A stretch of 64,000 bases of DNA. Source: Eledone cirrhosa (lineage: Eukaryota). How positions within the stretch are numbered: position 1 is the stretch's first letter; every line of letters begins with the position of its first letter. Under the pieces are notes generated by a model, which was not told the DNA's origin, ran no database searches, and saw nothing but the letters and a program-made list of their open reading frames with translations. Made by a program: the position numbers and the translations under genes. Location: contig OZ024743.1 in assembly GCA_964016885.1 (NCBI GenBank), forward strand, positions 191,580,001 to 191,644,000, written 5' to 3'. Shown in pieces: positions 1 to 13,094 of this stretch.

Positions 1-615
1 TACCAATGCGTGTGCAACGGTTTCCTCGTCGCACACGCATGTGGGACAGATCTTTTTCGATGGGTCCCTACCCGGGCGCCCGTGTCTGTAGAGCCTTTCT
101 CGAACGAGCAGAGCCCTTCTGTAGCTTTGCCAGGCCAGGGACCTCTGGAAGTTATCCATGGGTCCCAGGCTGAATGTCCTACCGAACAGGTTGGCCAGTT
201 CGTCTTCCTCCATGCCTAGGGCTTCTCCGAGGGCGTCGTCGCACCTGCTAACCACCAGCCCTCTATAGAATGACGAGGTGGATTCTCCACTGACAGCCGG
301 GTCCGCCTGCCAGAGAGCCGTGAGCGCCTGGGCACACACGGTGTGCCAGGCGCCCAGTTTTCTCGGTCTTTGCTTGACCCAGGATTGCAGCTCGGTGAGT
401 GAGACGAGTCTGGGAAAGGCTCGCCTCACAAACGGGGCCCACACCGGTTGACCGGAGAGGAATACCTGAAGGTGCCGTAGCCTTAATGCGTGTTTACGTA
501 TCATTAGCCACGGCATCCCCAGCCCTCCTTTCGAAGGGTGTTGACAGCAGATGGATCTCCTCACCATAGGAGCCCGCTTCTTCCAGAGGAATTGGAAGAA
601 TGCGCGCTCCATGGC

Positions 616-616
<1 letters not shown>
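1..616 (-). mobile_element. L1/Tx1-clade LINE, 5'-truncated ORF2 3' fragment (copy A, runs off window start)
   Basis: Near-identical to 3112-3630 and similar to 1333-1690; 5' junction abuts (ATAG)n at 617. Confidence 0.85.
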
Positions 617-699
<83 letters not shown>

Positions 700-700
700 T
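617..700. repeat. (GATA)n microsatellite between Tx1 copies
   Basis: Direct reading. Confidence 0.97.
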
Positions 701-1691
701 ATTTCTTTTATTTGCCACTAGGGCATCAAAAGTGGGACAAGTACAAAGGGGGGAGTTTACACAAAAAGGCGTCCTCAATAAGGAGAAGGCAATAACAAAA
801 TATAAAAATAAAATAAGATATAACAAAAAATAAAATTTTTAACAAAATCCTCAATAGAGAGGAGGCGCCTTGGGGGGTCGCACACACCCCCGAAAAAAGT
901 GTGCAACCCTTCTCCTCAGGAGCACAGAGAAGGGGTGCTCCCTTGGTCTTTCATCTTCCTCACCTATAGTCTGATGTAGAGTGAAGGCCCATTCACACGG
1001 GCCATTCTCGCCACTTTCACCCATCTTTCATAGAAACGGCTGGGGTGCAGCACCTCTCTCTCCATCCTGATCCTTCTTCCGAAATGATATCGGAAGAAAC
1101 GGACCAGTTGTTGGCCAGAGAGAAAGGTGCCCGACCTCAGTCCTTTCAGACGCGTCCACCATACAACCTCTTTCGCCATGGCTATTACGCACAGAAACAC
1201 CGCCTCTGCTTCATCTTTGAAGGGGGGAGGCGGCTTGATCATTACAATAGACTCGGTGGTCAACCGGATCGGTCCCACCCTTGACAGCAGTTGTTCGACA
1301 TAGCCCCACAGATCGGCTACGCCCGAGCAGTGTACTAATGCGTGTGCAACGGTTTCCTCGTCGCACACGCATCTGGGACAGATCTTTTTGGCGGGGTCCC
1401 TACCCGGGCGCCCGTGTCTGTAGAGCCTTTCTCGAACGGGTAAAGCCCCTCGGTAGCACTGCCAGGCCAGGGACTTCTGGAAGTTGTCCATAGGTCCCGG
1501 GCTAAATGTCCTACCGAAAAGGCTGGCCAGTTCGTCCTCCTCCATGTCTAGGGCTTCTCCGAGGGCGTCGTCGCACCTGCTGCGTACCAGCCCTCTATAG
1601 AATGTTGCGGTGGAGTCTCCACTGATAACCGGATCCGCCTGCCAGAGGGCGGTGAGCGCCTGGGCACACTCAGTGTGCCAGGCGCCCAGTT
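701..1691 (-). mobile_element. L1/Tx1-clade LINE, 5'-truncated copy B with ORF2 C-terminus and 3' UTR
   Basis: ORF 964-1545 has zf-RVT-type CPRC..ETVAHALVHC motif; (GATA)n on both sides (617-700, 1691-1719). Confidence 0.85.
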
Positions 1692-2017
1692 AGATAGATA
1701 GATAGATAGATAGATAGATATTGAATGAGTGGGAGATACTGCAGTAAAGATAGTAAATCAAGTATAATATATCAAGCATATAGAATGAACAATTAGATTA
1801 TTTAGATGAAATTGATAATACTTTAACGTATTTTAATTAACAAACACTTTATCTCAAACATCTCGTCAACTATTCTAAAGTCTCATAAACTTCTGTTACA
1901 AATATACGTATTTCATATACACGTACATTATATAAATCGCATACACACATACATGTATGCATACATACATACATACATACATACATACATACATACATAC
2001 ATACATACATACATACA

Positions 2018-2749
2018 TGGTGGCTGCCAACTCGTTTCGAGTAAGGCCACTACTTTATATCCATATAGGAGAACCCCTACCGATGCGCTAAACAAGTGTG
2101 ACCTTTTAGTCCAGCCAGCGACATGAAAACTCTGGTACAAACACTACACCTGTGACAATCATTGACACACAGGTCTGGCACCATGTGACGACAAGTGCAG
2201 AGAGATCTCCAGATATAAAGCAATGCCTGTGCCGTGAAGCTTTTATAGTGAGCAAAGGCACTGCACAAAGCCAGTCCCACTCTCTTAACCAAGATGATAT
2301 TTACCAAAAATATGAACAAGTCAACATCATTGGATACCATCAGGGTTGCAGGTGTTATATCAGAGTTTCCATCTCGTAGAATTCTGCCTTGACAAAGGCT
2401 AAGGGGTCATCTCTCCCGGTGATTTTGGATGGCCATTGACTCTTACGAGCTCCTTTGCCCTTTGACAGGTTTTGTTTTTAGTCCTGCAGGATGTTCAAAG
2501 TCACCCTCCTCGCCAAGAAACCTTGGTGGGGTTGCCAGTTTAGTCGCCAACGACCCGACCATGAGACAGGTTGTACTGTTATACATGTTACCAGTAGCAC
2601 CAACTGGTGACCTGACATAACATATATATATATATATAACATATATATAACATAACATATATATATGGTGGCTGCCAACTCGTTTTCGAGTATGGCCACT
2701 ACTTTATATCCATGTAGGAGAACCCCTACCGATGCGCTGAACAAGTGTA
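2018..2749. repeat. ~82-bp direct repeat (2018-2099, 2666-2749) next to (TACA)n tracts, with an unassigned repeat-like segment between
   Basis: tggtggctgccaactcg...gatgcgct(a/g)aacaagtgt occurs twice. Confidence 0.7.
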
Positions 2750-2811
2750 CATGCATGCATACATACATACATACATACATACATACATACATACATACAT
2801 ACATACATACA

Positions 2812-2842
<31 letters not shown>

Positions 2843-2843
<1 letters not shown>

Positions 2844-3115
2844 GAGGAAAAAGGTTGGCAACCATCTTGCCCAGATTTATGAGCATGAAGAAAAAAAATA
2901 TCATTAGGATAGCCACTGATCTGGATGAGAGATATGGAATAAAGCCTGATATAAATCTATGATCCTATTCAATGTTCAAACAAGATGAAAAAATTGACCA
3001 ATTTACAGAAACAGTTGTGCATGGATACTTGAGACGTAAAACACAGACCATAGAGGGGATAAACCCCTCAAAAAGCCTGGCATGGAGTTCCGACAAGTTT
3101 ATGACATCACACTTT
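2843..3115 (+). pseudogene. R4/Dong-like non-LTR retrotransposon fragment (region downstream of RT)
   Basis: Translation ...VHGYLRRKTQTIEGINPSKSLAWSSDKFMTSHF resembles the HG(Y/Q)...S.xW...TSHFEG block recalled for R4/Dong proteins; follows (TACA)n. Confidence 0.5.
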
Positions 3116-6063
3116 CTCGAATGGGCAGAGCCCCTCGGTAGCACTGCCAGGCCAGGGACCTCTGGAAGTTATCCATGGGTCCCGGGCTGAATGTCCTACC
3201 GAACAGGTTGGCCAGTTCGTCTTCCTCCATGCCTAGGGCTTCTCCGAGGGCGTCGTCGCACCTGCTAACCACCAGCCCTCTATAGAATGACGAGGTGGAT
3301 TCTCCACTGACAGCCGGGTCCGCCTGCCAGAGAGCCGTGAGCACCTGGGCACACTCGGTGTGCCAGGCGCCCAGTTTTCTCGGTCTTTGCTTGACCCATG
3401 ATTGCAGCTCGGTGAGTGAGACGAGTCTGGGAAAGGCTCGCCTCACAAACGGGGCCCACACCGGTTGACCGGTGAGGAATACCTAGAGGTGCCGTAGCCT
3501 TAATGCGTGTTTACGTACCATTAGCCACGGCATCCCCAGCCCTCCTTTCGTAGGGTGTTGACAGCAGATGGATCTCCTCACCATAGGAGCCCGCTTCTTC
3601 CACAGGAATTGGAAGAGTGCGCGTTCAATTTTGGCGAGCGTTTCCCTTGGGCAAGGCACGACGGTCAGGCGGTAGTAGATGACGGACGCTATATAAGCGT
3701 TCGCCACATCCGCCCGACCTTTCAGGGACAGTTTGCACTCGGCCCACTTCTGGGTCAGTGCAAACACCCTGTTCGTTACCTCACCCCAGTTCTTCTCCAC
3801 CTGGAGGTCTGGTCCGAACCAGACCCCGAGCAACTTCACAGGGCCCTCTGTCCAGCGCCCGACGACGCCATCGCAGGGCATCGATCTGCCCCTCCACGTG
3901 CCGAGTTGCAGACCGATCGACTTGTGCCGGTTCAGCTTAGCCCCTGTAAACCTTTCGTACTCCTCCAGTAAGGTGCCGATCGCCCCGATTTCTGAGGCCA
4001 TCGACACCATTACTGTTACGTCGTCGGCGTAGGCCGATACCGCTTTCCGCAATCCCGGTTCCAACGGGATGCCCTGCAACAACTCCAACTTCCGCAGCAG
4101 TGGCTCTAGAGTCATTACATACAGAAGGGAGGAGAGAGGGCACACTTGTCGGATGGACCGCGCGATTTCGAATGGCTCCAGGAGGTAGCCGTTCACCTTG
4201 ACCCTAGAGCAGATGCGGCTGCTGTGCATGGCATTGATCAAACCCCTGAAAACGGGTCCGAAGCCTGCCGCCGCTAGCACCACATCCAGGTAACCATGGT
4301 CGACCCTATCGAACGCCTTAGATTGATCCAAGTTGATCAGGGCCCCACCAAAGCCGGGTTCGTTCCCAACCCTCTCTATGATGTATCGCATGAGGTGGAG
4401 GTTGTCGTGGATGGACCTGGACAGGATAGCACATGTCTGCGCATCTCCCACCAGGTCCCACGACAAGCGCCAACCTCTTTGCTAGCACCTTGGCCCAAAT
4501 CTGTAACTCTGTATTTAGCAGAGTTATTGGCCTGAAATTATTTATATCGTCCCCCTTGTTCTCGTCCTTCCTCACTAGCGTGACTACGCCCTTGGTCACG
4601 GCACAGGGAATTCTCCCGTTCTGTTGCCAGTTGCAGTAGACCGCCTCGAGGAGATCGGGGAACAAGTCCGTCATACCTAGATACAGTTCGTATGGAAGAC
4701 CATCGAGACCCGGGGATTTGCGTTTGCCGCATTGGTTTAGCACGTCCTCTATCTCAGCGGCTGAAATCGGCTCCTCGCAGGACTTCGCCTCCCTGTCCGA
4801 GAGACGCGGCAGGCCGTCGAGGTATGGACCGAGGTCCAGATCCCCAACCGGCTCCCCGCCCCTTCCGAACAATCCGGCAAAGTGCTTTTGAAAAGCCTCG
4901 CACATCTGCTTAGGTTCAAGGATCACCCGTCCATCCTGGTCTCGCAAAGACCGGATAGTGGATCTGCTCCCTCTTTTGGCTTCCGTCACGCGGGCCCAGC
5001 TAACAGCTTTGGTCCCCTCGTTTCCCAGAGCACGTATTTTGCTTCGGACGATGCAGCCTTCGTGTTTCGCGTCGAATAACTGGCCCAGGGCCGTTCTCGA
5101 CGCTAGCACTCTGGCCACGTCACCGCTTCTAATTGCCTCTTCTACACTATCTACCAGCTCCCTTTCCTTCCTATTTCTATTTGAGGCTAACTCCTTACTA
5201 AATTCTATAGAGGCTACTCTAATCTCTCTTTTGAGAGATCCCCACTGCCTGCTGTTGACGATGGCGCCCGTCAACCGCTCCTTAACTAAAGTGCTAATCC
5301 GGTTCCTGTAAGCCTTACTTGCCGGTAAGGACAAGTTGAGCTTCCAGTAACCGGGTCCCTGTCTATGCGTTCTGTCAAGGTTGACCATGCAGCTCACTAA
5401 CTTGTGGTCTGAATAGCCAACCATGCTCATTTTTGGACAACTTAAAAAGTCCTTATCCTTATTTCTAACTAAGAACCTATCTAGGTACGACCTAGATGAT
5501 CCGCTGCGATTTGCCCAAGTCCAGGTTGGCGCAGTCGGAAAATCTAGTCGATATCTATCGGCCAGGTCAAATCGACCGATTAACCCTTTGAGGCTATTAC
5601 ATCCCTCTCTATCGGGACAAGCCCCTACGTAGTCCCAGCGTGCATCTAGGATACCATTCCAGTCCCCCACTAATAGAAAAGTCTCCAGACGATGGAAGAA
5701 GTCCGGCCGCATTGACCCGAAAGGGCCGTAGGCGGCTACCAACCTAAACGCTCCGCCTTCACCACTGCCAAGGTCCAGGACCACTAGTCGACCCTCCGGG
5801 TCCAAATGTAACGTCTGTGTTGCGAGACCCAGATGTTTTTGCAGCAGAACGACAACCCCACCACCACCTCCGGGCTGACAGAGAGATGCGTGCATCTCAA
5901 AGTTATCAAAGGTGGGGGCCAGCTGTCGCACGTTGCTGATCCGGGCCTCGCAAATAACCATCACATCTATACGTTGTGACCTGAGGTCATTTAGAAGCAT
6001 TGCTTGCTTCCAAGTTGAGCCCAGGCCACGCGCATTTAAACAGCCTACTCTTAGCATAGCCAT
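3112..6063 (-). pseudogene. Tx1 ORF2: APE endonuclease + reverse transcriptase, disrupted
   Basis: LNARGL, VGDWN, YLDRF, YSDH, YWKLN (APE); KSPGLDGLP, FRPITLLN, LDQSKAFDRV, YADD, GGLGMP (RT); frameshift near 4455 and stop at 3483. Confidence 0.93.
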
Positions 6064-6637
6064 GTTGGTGGTGAAGAGAAAAGGCACTTACCTCTCTGCG
6101 TCCCGGGTATCGGGCTGCACAATTTCCATGAGGGTGGGTTGTTGGGTGGGGTGGTGGTTTGTGGAAGTGTAGGGGCATCAGTGTGTTGTATGGTTGGGGT
6201 GTTTGGAGTTGTGTGGGTGTTTGGGGAGGGGGTGGGGTAGTTTTTTAGGAGGACGCGGTTAATGGGCCCGACGCAGGGAGGGCCCACGTCCTCTTTAAAG
6301 TTGTCTTTTAGAGTTTTATAAGTGTCCTTTGGGGCCTTAATCAGTTTGAGGTGGGGGAAGTCCCCTGCCTGGGTGAAGTTAGGCCCTTGGGTTTTTATTA
6401 AATTGTTGTTGAACACAATGTTTAACAGTTTTTTGTTTCTTGTGTTTATGTATGTGTTTGCATGTTTTTGTTTTTGTGTGGTGTTTTTTCTTTGCTGTTG
6501 TTGTGTGCTCTTTTGTGTTGGTGTCAGTCTTATGTTTTGGGGAGGGGTTGTTTTCATTTGTGTGTCTGAGGTGTGTTTTCTTTTTTTTTCTTTTGATTGT
6601 GTGGAAGTGCTCCTCTTCGTCTGACGACGAACGAGGG

Positions 6638-7725
6638 TCATCTTCCGCGTTGGAGGGGAGGGGTATATTTTCGGGTTGTGTTTGCGGTGCGGGTGTTTTG
6701 GGAATTGTTTTTTTTTTTGAGTGGGAGGGATGGGTTGGACATTGTTTTGTTTTGGTTTGAGCTGTGGTTGTTGTATTTGTAGTGGTGGTTGTGGTGGTTG
6801 TGTTTGGTTGTGCAGTTGTTGGTGGTGTAGGCAGGATTTGGGGTTTTCTTATTAAGTTGGGGACAGACAGCCCTCAGGTGACCTCTGGTTCCACAGAGGT
6901 AACACGAGGGCCGCCTACCCTCAACGGTAATGTTGATGAAAGTTTGATCATCCAGTATGACGCGTTCAGGGATCTGCGCGATCCTTTTGGGCCTCATTTG
7001 AACTACTAGTTCGAGGCTCGTTCCACTGAACGCGTCACCCGATGCCTTTCCCATGGACACCAGCGTGTCATCATCCAGGTTCAGGAAACCTGTCAAAACC
7101 CACCATATGTCCATAATCGGCAGGATGGTGTGGATTTTTATTTTTTGTGTCCTTCTACCCATGTACGTAGGGTAGAAGGTGTATGCGGTGGATGTAATTG
7201 GTTTGATGGACAGTTTCACTGCTGTCTCCCTGTCCTTCATGAGAATGGATAGACTCCCGTAGAGTCTATCCTTCTGAATGAAGGTGATGTCCTTCATGAC
7301 GTCTTTTAAAACCAGCTCTATCTCACTATGTGATGGTTGAGCTGGTTTTTTGCTTTTATTTGAGATTGTCCTAAACATGACAGTGTTTAGGAGTCTCTTG
7401 CTTTTTAGTTCCGGGGGGGGGGGTGAATCGAAAATGTACCATTTTCCCCGTACATTATATATTTTTTGGCATCTGCCAGTAGCTCCTTCGCTTTGGTTAT
7501 ATCTACTGGCAGATAGTCGAGGGTTTTCCTTGCCGTCTGGGCGAAGGAGATATTTTCCTTGTTTGTGTTGCTGTTGTAGTTGGTGGTGTTGTTGTTATCA
7601 TTGTTGTTGTTATCACAGTTATTGGTCTTGTTGTTGTTGTTATTGTTATTGGTGTTGTTTTCGTCCGTAGTATTGTTGTTGTTGTTGTTGTCGCTAGTGC
7701 CGCTGGTTCTTTGGTTTGTTGCCAT
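6638..7725 (-). pseudogene. Tx1 ORF1 with CCHC zinc knuckle, frameshifted at G-run near 7413-7423
   Basis: CYLCGTRGHLRAVC knuckle in 6638-7378; MATNQ start at 7725; lies upstream of ORF2. Confidence 0.8.
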
Positions 7726-7780
7726 GGCAACGTCAAGTTGTCGGTCAGCAGGTGGAGAAAATCCTTCCTCTGGCTGACCT

Positions 7781-7852
<72 letters not shown>

Positions 7853-9560
7853 GTATGATTATACTTGATTTTACTCGAAATTTCTTAGGCGGTGATTTCA
7901 GGAAAAATATATTCACGAGCAATTATTTTTATGGTAGATTTTATGTTATTTCGTCTTATTTGTTTACCTTTTTCCCTGATAATTTCTTCTATTTTTTTCT
8001 TTTTCTTTTGTTGCAAAGCTAATGTTTATTCATCTGTCCAAAATTAAATGAAACATTAACTCACTACAGTAATCCATATTTACTCACCAAAATGGAAAAG
8101 TGACTTTTAACACTTGGTTGCACTACAAAGAACGAACAATAACAACAAAAGAAAATGCTGCATTGTGCATATTCTCTTAAAATATTACCATTGAAAATAA
8201 ATATAATGAAATCAAATAAATAATTTCAATAAACACAAACACAAAGCACAAAGATAAACAAAAAATTTCACACTGTCTACATAAAAACCGGAAACGCAGC
8301 TTTTTGTCCATTTTGTTAGGAAATGGTGGCGGTAATTAGTTTAACCTTCTTTTTCGATACTTGGTGTTTCAATGATGCGTGAAGCGGCTATAGTATTTTA
8401 TTGACTATACATTTAAGCTAAAATTGTTAATCATATTTATTAACTGCTCTGCCTTCGATATGAATATTAACTTTATTTTTCATCCTTAAAAGTGAAAGTG
8501 GTACTTGCCATTGTTAAAGAAAACTCATATAAAATGTATTTTACGGCTGAAGGAGTAAAATGAATTGCATAATTCAAAATGTACAGAATTACCTCAACTG
8601 TTCTTTTTTTTTTGCTGCGGTGCAACAAATAGTCAGTTATTCTTACAGAAATAAATCCATATATATAATTGTGTTGGTGTATGTGCGAGGGTAGGACGTT
8701 TGATGTGTGGGGGGATGTAATCTTAGTTACCAATCACGTACGCCACTCTACACACTTCTATGAACGCTCTCATGTTTTTTTGTAAATAGAGAAACTATAA
8801 AGAGCTGTATGTGTATGAGAGAGGGAGAATGATAGGAAATAAGTGAGGGGTAAAGTATGTGTATGTATTATTAAATCCATAATAAATTATTCATCCAGCC
8901 TTCCAGTACAATAGAACCAATAACTACATTTTCAAACAATGTTAGTATCCATTAACGGGTGGCTGGATTTACGACAGTGGTACGTGTCATGTACTAAATA
9001 TCATTTGTAAAGCTTGTGAACGAAAGCCGGTTTGCCGAGCTCCTTTCTTAATTTACTGCAGTCGTGTTTCAGAAAATCGATATATATGTGGATTTATATA
9101 TAATAAATCCTTCACAAACAGATATTGAAGAATAATACTTGTATAAATTATGTACATATATTATTTTATTAGATGCAAAAATAAGCAAAAATAATCGCAA
9201 ATATATCGTTATATGATTAGTCAACAGTAACTTATGGTTTGATTGAGAGCTGAAAGAAACGTTAGAAAATGTTTCATCTATTTATTGATCATTATCCGCA
9301 GAACAGGTGATATTATTATTTCATGCCTTCAGTACAATGTGTAAATAAAAATTAGAAGCAAAGGAAGCAGGTCGTGTTAAAGTTGATAAACAAGATGATA
9401 TTTTTCAATATGACCATCTTTCATGTATGGGAAATCCATTATGTAGGAAATAAATGACGATTCCTATATCAACAAAAATGTATGACTTAATATCGTTTGT
9501 TTTAAATAACAAAATGCTTTTGTACCTTTAAAATCCATTATGTAGTAGATATACAACGAT

Positions 9561-9712
9561 AAGGCGGCGAAATGACAGAGGGATTAGAACGTCGGATAGA
9601 ATGCTCTGCAGTATTCGTTCCGGCTCTCTGCTTTCTGAGTTCAAATCCCGCCGAGATCAACTTTGTCTTACATCCTTTCGGGGCCGATAAAAAATGTACC
9701 AGTCTAGTACAC
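9561..9712 (+). mobile_element. tRNA-derived SINE with Nin/Deu-like core, diverged copy
   Basis: B-box gagttcaaatcc followed by aactttgtcttacatcctttcggggccgataaaaaatgtaccag. Confidence 0.8.
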
Positions 9713-10719
9713 TATATCTTTTTCTCACTTCCTATCCTTAGCTGGTAGTAATCTGCTGTGTTCAAACCTGGAAAGGGATGGGCTCCGCCAGGCTTAAAAT
9801 GCCCAGGAAATGCGGTGCCCCTACGATTCCATCGGGAGTTACGGGACCATGCATGCATATAACAATATGCATATCTGCAAGAATTTACCAATTCGTATTT
9901 TTTTATGCTAAATTGCAAAAATGCTTTTAAATGCTTACATACTTCTCCAAGAGACAAAAATTGCACGACCCTTTTAGAACACCGCAATAAACAAATCAAT
10001 TTTATAATAAGTAGTATATCTCCTAAATTCGTAAACACTACATCAGTGAAACGTAAACACAATCCAGTATATACTTACAATGAGTACATATGTATTGAAA
10101 TGACAGTACAAATAGGAGAGGTGCTGCTCATTTAAACCCAAGGGCCGTATGCAGGGACAAATGATAATATATTTCTTGAGTTTTCTAGAGTGTGATATAC
10201 TCGAGTATGCAGAAATACCAGAACACAATAGTTGGTTAATGGAGTATGTGTTGAAATAGTTGGCCATGGTTTGGCCTAGAGTGTGTTGGATAATCTTGCA
10301 AAGGTGTTTATTTCCCAAACGTATGAAGCACAGCAGAATTTTCTAGCCCGCAAGGATACACATTTAGTTTAGTGTCTGTATTTGAACCTTACTGTGGGAT
10401 GGATTAGAAACGAAGAACTGAGCCGATGCAAGGGTCTCGACCTGGTCTTCAACCTCATACAAAAGCAGCCCAAATTGCACTTTGCTGTCTTGGTAAAAGA
10501 GGATATATGAGATAATGTATAAAATTATAAAATATGGGATAGTTGTGATTTAAACCTGTAATATTTATGTATGTCTTTATAAGTATTGTCTTAATTTGAT
10601 TTTAGATTTATTGCTTTTGGATAATATAAGTTATTTATTGCTAATACACGCACTAATCAATAACTCTTCTCGGCGAGTAATTATCGTAACGGAGCACAAA
10701 TAACATCTCTACGAAACCA

Positions 10720-10822
<103 letters not shown>

Positions 10823-11339
10823 ACCCACCTACCCACCCACTACAAAAAGAAAAGGAATAATACAAAAGGAAACCACATAATTCGGCCCATAAGTGAAATG
10901 CATACAAAATCTGAAATCGTCTGTAACGAATAAACCAGTATTTAATCGAATGACGATCGCCACCGACGAATGCGATAAAGTACTCCAGGAAAGTTAAAAG
11001 AAATTTCCCACCGCAGTTAACAAAGAACTTACTAGATCTGCAAAACAAAATTTTGAAACTGTAATATTATAAAATTAAATTGTTTAGAACTACAAGTGAA
11101 ATCATTCTTCTCCTTTTTTTTTAAATATACCTAACTGTACAAAGGATTTCACATATTTTCACACATATATATATTTGAAAAAGGGAAAAGAATGACAACA
11201 CTTGTACTTCTAAACAATTTAATTTTATAATATTGCAATTTTACAATTTTGTAGATCTACAAAGCAAAATTGTAAAATTGTAATATTATAAAATTAAATT
11301 GTTTAGAGCTACAAGTGAAGTCATTATTTTCATTTTAAA

Positions 11340-11495
11340 GCCATGCTTTCCAGCATAGTTACGTCCCTTTACGATCTGAGTTCAAATCCCGCCGAGGTTG
11401 ACTTTGCCTTTCATCCTTACGGGGACGATAAAATAAAGTACCAGTAATGCACTGGGTAATTGCTCGCCTTGTGCCTAAAGTAGAAACAATTATTT
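11340..11495 (+). mobile_element. SINE, 5'-truncated, young subfamily
   Basis: Near-identical to 37040-37192 and to the reverse complement of 32458-32609. Confidence 0.85.
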
Positions 11496-12273
11496 TCTTT
11501 TTTTCAAATATACCTAACTCTACAAAGGATTTCACACATGTTCTATATATATATGTGTGTGTGCGTGTGTGTATATATATTCTTTTCTATCTTTACATAT
11601 TGACTTCTCACGTTGTTTGCTTCGTTTTAGATGTTTCTATATTTGAGATGACACCAACCCTCCATTATGACTTCTATGCTGCTGCGTAAATTTGTGGATT
11701 AATTCTTATGATATTTGCATACGTTTCTAGTATGTCTATAAAGACCAGTTTATGTGTGGTGTTATTTCTATTTCTATTTTATTTTCAAGTTTGTAGGAAG
11801 ACCTATAGCTTTAAAATCAAATGTTTACACATTTAGAATATCGTCATCTTCAACATTTTCAACATTAGAATTCACTATTCTTAGATCTTTCCCATATTAA
11901 TGATTGTTGATATACAGTATAGAATTGGTTTAGTTTGTTATAAGTTTTCCTATCTGGTTTGGTATTTTGTTTCACTGGTTTGCTCACACTCGACTTTATC
12001 TTGTTTTGCGTTTTCGATGTTCAAAGTTTAAATCAGCTAGTAGCGTGTTTCTAATAGTTGTTTGTACCATGTTTACACACACACACGTGTAAACATAGGT
12101 GTACACATATGATATACACACACATGCACACAGAGACACACACATATACATATACACATACACATACAGACACACACACATATATATATATACATGTATG
12201 TGTTCGTACGAAACGTTAACGAGGAAATCAGCACATGAGTATTATACTGTACAATGATATATATATATATATA

Positions 12274-12400
12274 TTAGTTTAACTCTTGTTACAGTAGTAA
12301 AAGAGCTTTAACGCTTCGGACGTTAGTCCTTCATCGGAGGATAAACTAAGAAATAGAAGAAATGGGATAGACGATAGTACAAATATATATAGACATACAT
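12274..12400 (-). mobile_element. PLE pLTR fragment with degenerate hammerhead (CCGATGA-A-GGAC/GTCC-GAAG) at ~12306-12342
   Basis: Reverse complement reads cctCCGATGAaGGACtaacGTCCGAAGcgtta; lies within (TA)n. Confidence 0.5.
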
Positions 12401-12434
12401 ATATATATATATATATAATATATATATATATATA

Positions 12435-12548
12435 TTGAGCTCAGCCGTCGGGGTCCTACTCGTTCCTATTACCTACTCTACTACTCTAAGTATTGAGTAC
12501 TTTGGTGCGTTATGGTCCACGTGGTTCCTTACCACATTTCCTTCGTTA
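12435..12548 (+). mobile_element. Solo 3'-end fragment of the Naiad family found at 53886-57471
   Basis: Close match to the reverse complement of 53885-53997; (TA)n on both sides. Confidence 0.85.
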
Positions 12549-12556
12549 TATAAATA

Positions 12557-12719
<163 letters not shown>

Positions 12720-12765
12720 GTACATAAGAATTAAATGTATATATAATTAAATATATATCAATTAA

Positions 12766-12797
<32 letters not shown>

Positions 12798-12991
12798 ATA
12801 TATTTATATATTTATATATATATATATAAATATATTTATATAAATATATATATATATAAATATGTAAATATATATATATATATATATAAATATATATATA
12901 AATATATAAATATATATATATAAATATATATATATATAAATATATAAATATATATATATAAATATATTTATATATATAAATATATATATAA

Positions 12992-13052
<61 letters not shown>

Positions 13053-13056
13053 TATA

Positions 13057-13094
<38 letters not shown>

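Larger units (their letters stand above)
3112..7780 (-). mobile_element. Near full-length L1/Tx1-clade LINE (copy C), 3'-truncated and frameshifted
   Basis: ORF1 + ORF2 arrangement; 5' end abuts (GATA)n at 7781-7851. Confidence 0.92.
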
